A stretch of DNA of 64,000 nt, taken from positions 28,582,001 to 28,646,000 of the forward strand of contig CATNEN010000038.1 of NCBI GenBank assembly GCA_950097015.1, written 5' to 3'. Shown piece by piece: positions 62,943 through 64,000 of the stretch. The translations under genes were made by a program, and so were the position numbers. Origin of the DNA: Macrostomum hystrix (lineage: Eukaryota; Animalia; Platyhelminthes). The notes beneath the pieces are model-generated. The model saw nothing but the letters and a program-made list of their open reading frames with translations. It did not search any database and was not told where the DNA came from. Each line of letters begins with the position of its first letter. Position 1 is the stretch's first letter.

Positions 62943-63302
62943 CTAAGCAATCAGGTCACAAACACTGACGGTATCAACCAGTTCAACGCCAGACGATAAT
63001 ACAGCATCTAGGGCCTGCTGATCAGCGGACAGACAGTCGGCATCCAGGCCGCATCGCTGGCACTGGCGCGGATTGCCAGACTCCATGTAGAGCGATAAGC
63101 ATGTCGGGCACATCGGCCTACCATTGCAAAGGCGAGACGCGCAGAGAGATTTTACCAGAATTAGGCGGACATTGTCTGGTAGGCGCTCCCGCAGGCGGCA
63201 TGCTGAGTGACGCAGACTGGAAGTCAACGGACCGCCGCCAATGTAGATTGTGTCTAATTGACGCTCGCGAACTAGGCGCCAAAGGTGCTGCATGACAACA
63301 AC
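62943..63302 (-). CDS. Last exon of a probable isochorismatase/nicotinamidase-fold protein with a Cys-rich insertion; 5' exons beyond the window
   Basis: Acceptor GCCAG|GTT at 63303/63302; LVRERQLDTIYIGG...SA...VRLILVKSLCAS...ALDAVLSSGVELVDT recalls the cysteine-hydrolase C-terminus. Confidence 0.5.
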   Translation of the reverse strand, partial: VVVMQHLWRLVRERQLDTIYIGGGPLTSSLRHSACRLRERLPDNVRLILVKSLCASRLCNGRPMCPTCLSLYMESGNPRQCQRCGLDADCLSADQQALDAVLSSGVELVDTVSVCDLIA

Positions 63303-63384
63303 CTGGCAACGGTTATAAAAATGAAATTTTCACTGAATAAAATATCTGAAAATATCAACTGAGAGGGCCCATATCCCATGCAAT

Positions 63385-64000
63385 GATAAACCTAAAGAAG
63401 AAATCTCTCAAAATGATGAAGCGAAGGAAGAAATCTCAGATATTGATAAACTAAAAGAAGAAGAAATCTCTCAAAAGGATGAAGCGAAGGAAGAAATCTC
63501 AGATATTGATAAACTGAAAGAAGAAATTTCTTAAAAGGATGAAGCGAAGGAAGAAATCTCAGATATTGATAAACTGAAAGAAGAAATCTCTCAGAAGGAT
63601 GAAGCGAAGGAAGAAATCTCAGATATTGATAAACTGATAGAAGAAATCTCTCAAAATGATGAAGCGAAGGAAGAAATCTCAGATATTGATAAACTAAAAG
63701 AAGAAGAAATCTCTCAAAAGGATGAAGCGAAGGAAGAAATCTCAGATATTGATAAAATAAAGGAAGAAATCTCTCAAAAGGATGAAGCGAAGGAAGAAAT
63801 CTCAGATATTGATAAACCTGAAAGAAGAAGAAATCTCTCAAAATGATGAAGCGAAGGAAGAAATCTCAGATATTGATAAACTGAAAGAAGAAATCTCTCA
63901 AAATGATGAAGCGAAGGAAGAAATCTCAGATATTGATAAACTAAAAGAAGAAGAAATCTCTCAAAAGGATGAAGCGAAGGAAGAAATCTCAGATATTGAT
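63385..64000. repeat. 42-45 bp unit minisatellite with longer higher-order period, intronic, runs off the window
   Basis: gatgaagcgaaggaagaaatctcagatattgataaact... tandem. Confidence 0.9.

Overview
Eukaryotic (metazoan) genomic DNA with spliceosomal introns and the standard code. The style (a different minisatellite in most introns, tRNA-derived SINEs, 3' splice acceptors just upstream of start codons) suggests a free-living flatworm such as Macrostomum; that taxon is an inference. Ten protein-coding genes can be supported. On the + strand: the 3' part of an axonemal dynein heavy chain (DNAH1-like, 17 exons here, one GC-AG intron), a Nudix/Ap4A hydrolase and an AAMDC/Mth938 protein. On the - strand: boule, an orphan 2-exon gene, a MARCH8-like RING-CH ligase, a PAN + ALK/LTK-type glycine-rich protein, EXO1, a truncated chondroitin synthase/CHPF-family protein and the last exon of an isochorismatase-like gene. 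Roughly 25 kb (about 40%) is tandem repeat in about 26 mostly unrelated arrays, the largest an 8.3-kb 24-mer filling one intron. Two SINE families and hAT/mariner-like ends are also present. Most long ORFs in the ORF track are repeat artefacts. The main leads are: (i) an AAMDC ORF with no upstream in-frame ATG that is in frame with an acceptor, as expected if a spliced-leader 3' AUG supplies the start Met (and creates a signal peptide); (ii) private minisatellites in most introns, with strong phase-0 / AG|GT intron bias; (iii) a hAT-ended element that may carry a minisatellite; (iv) a triplicated hairpin/CRE element; (v) inverted SINE pairs flanking or inside introns.
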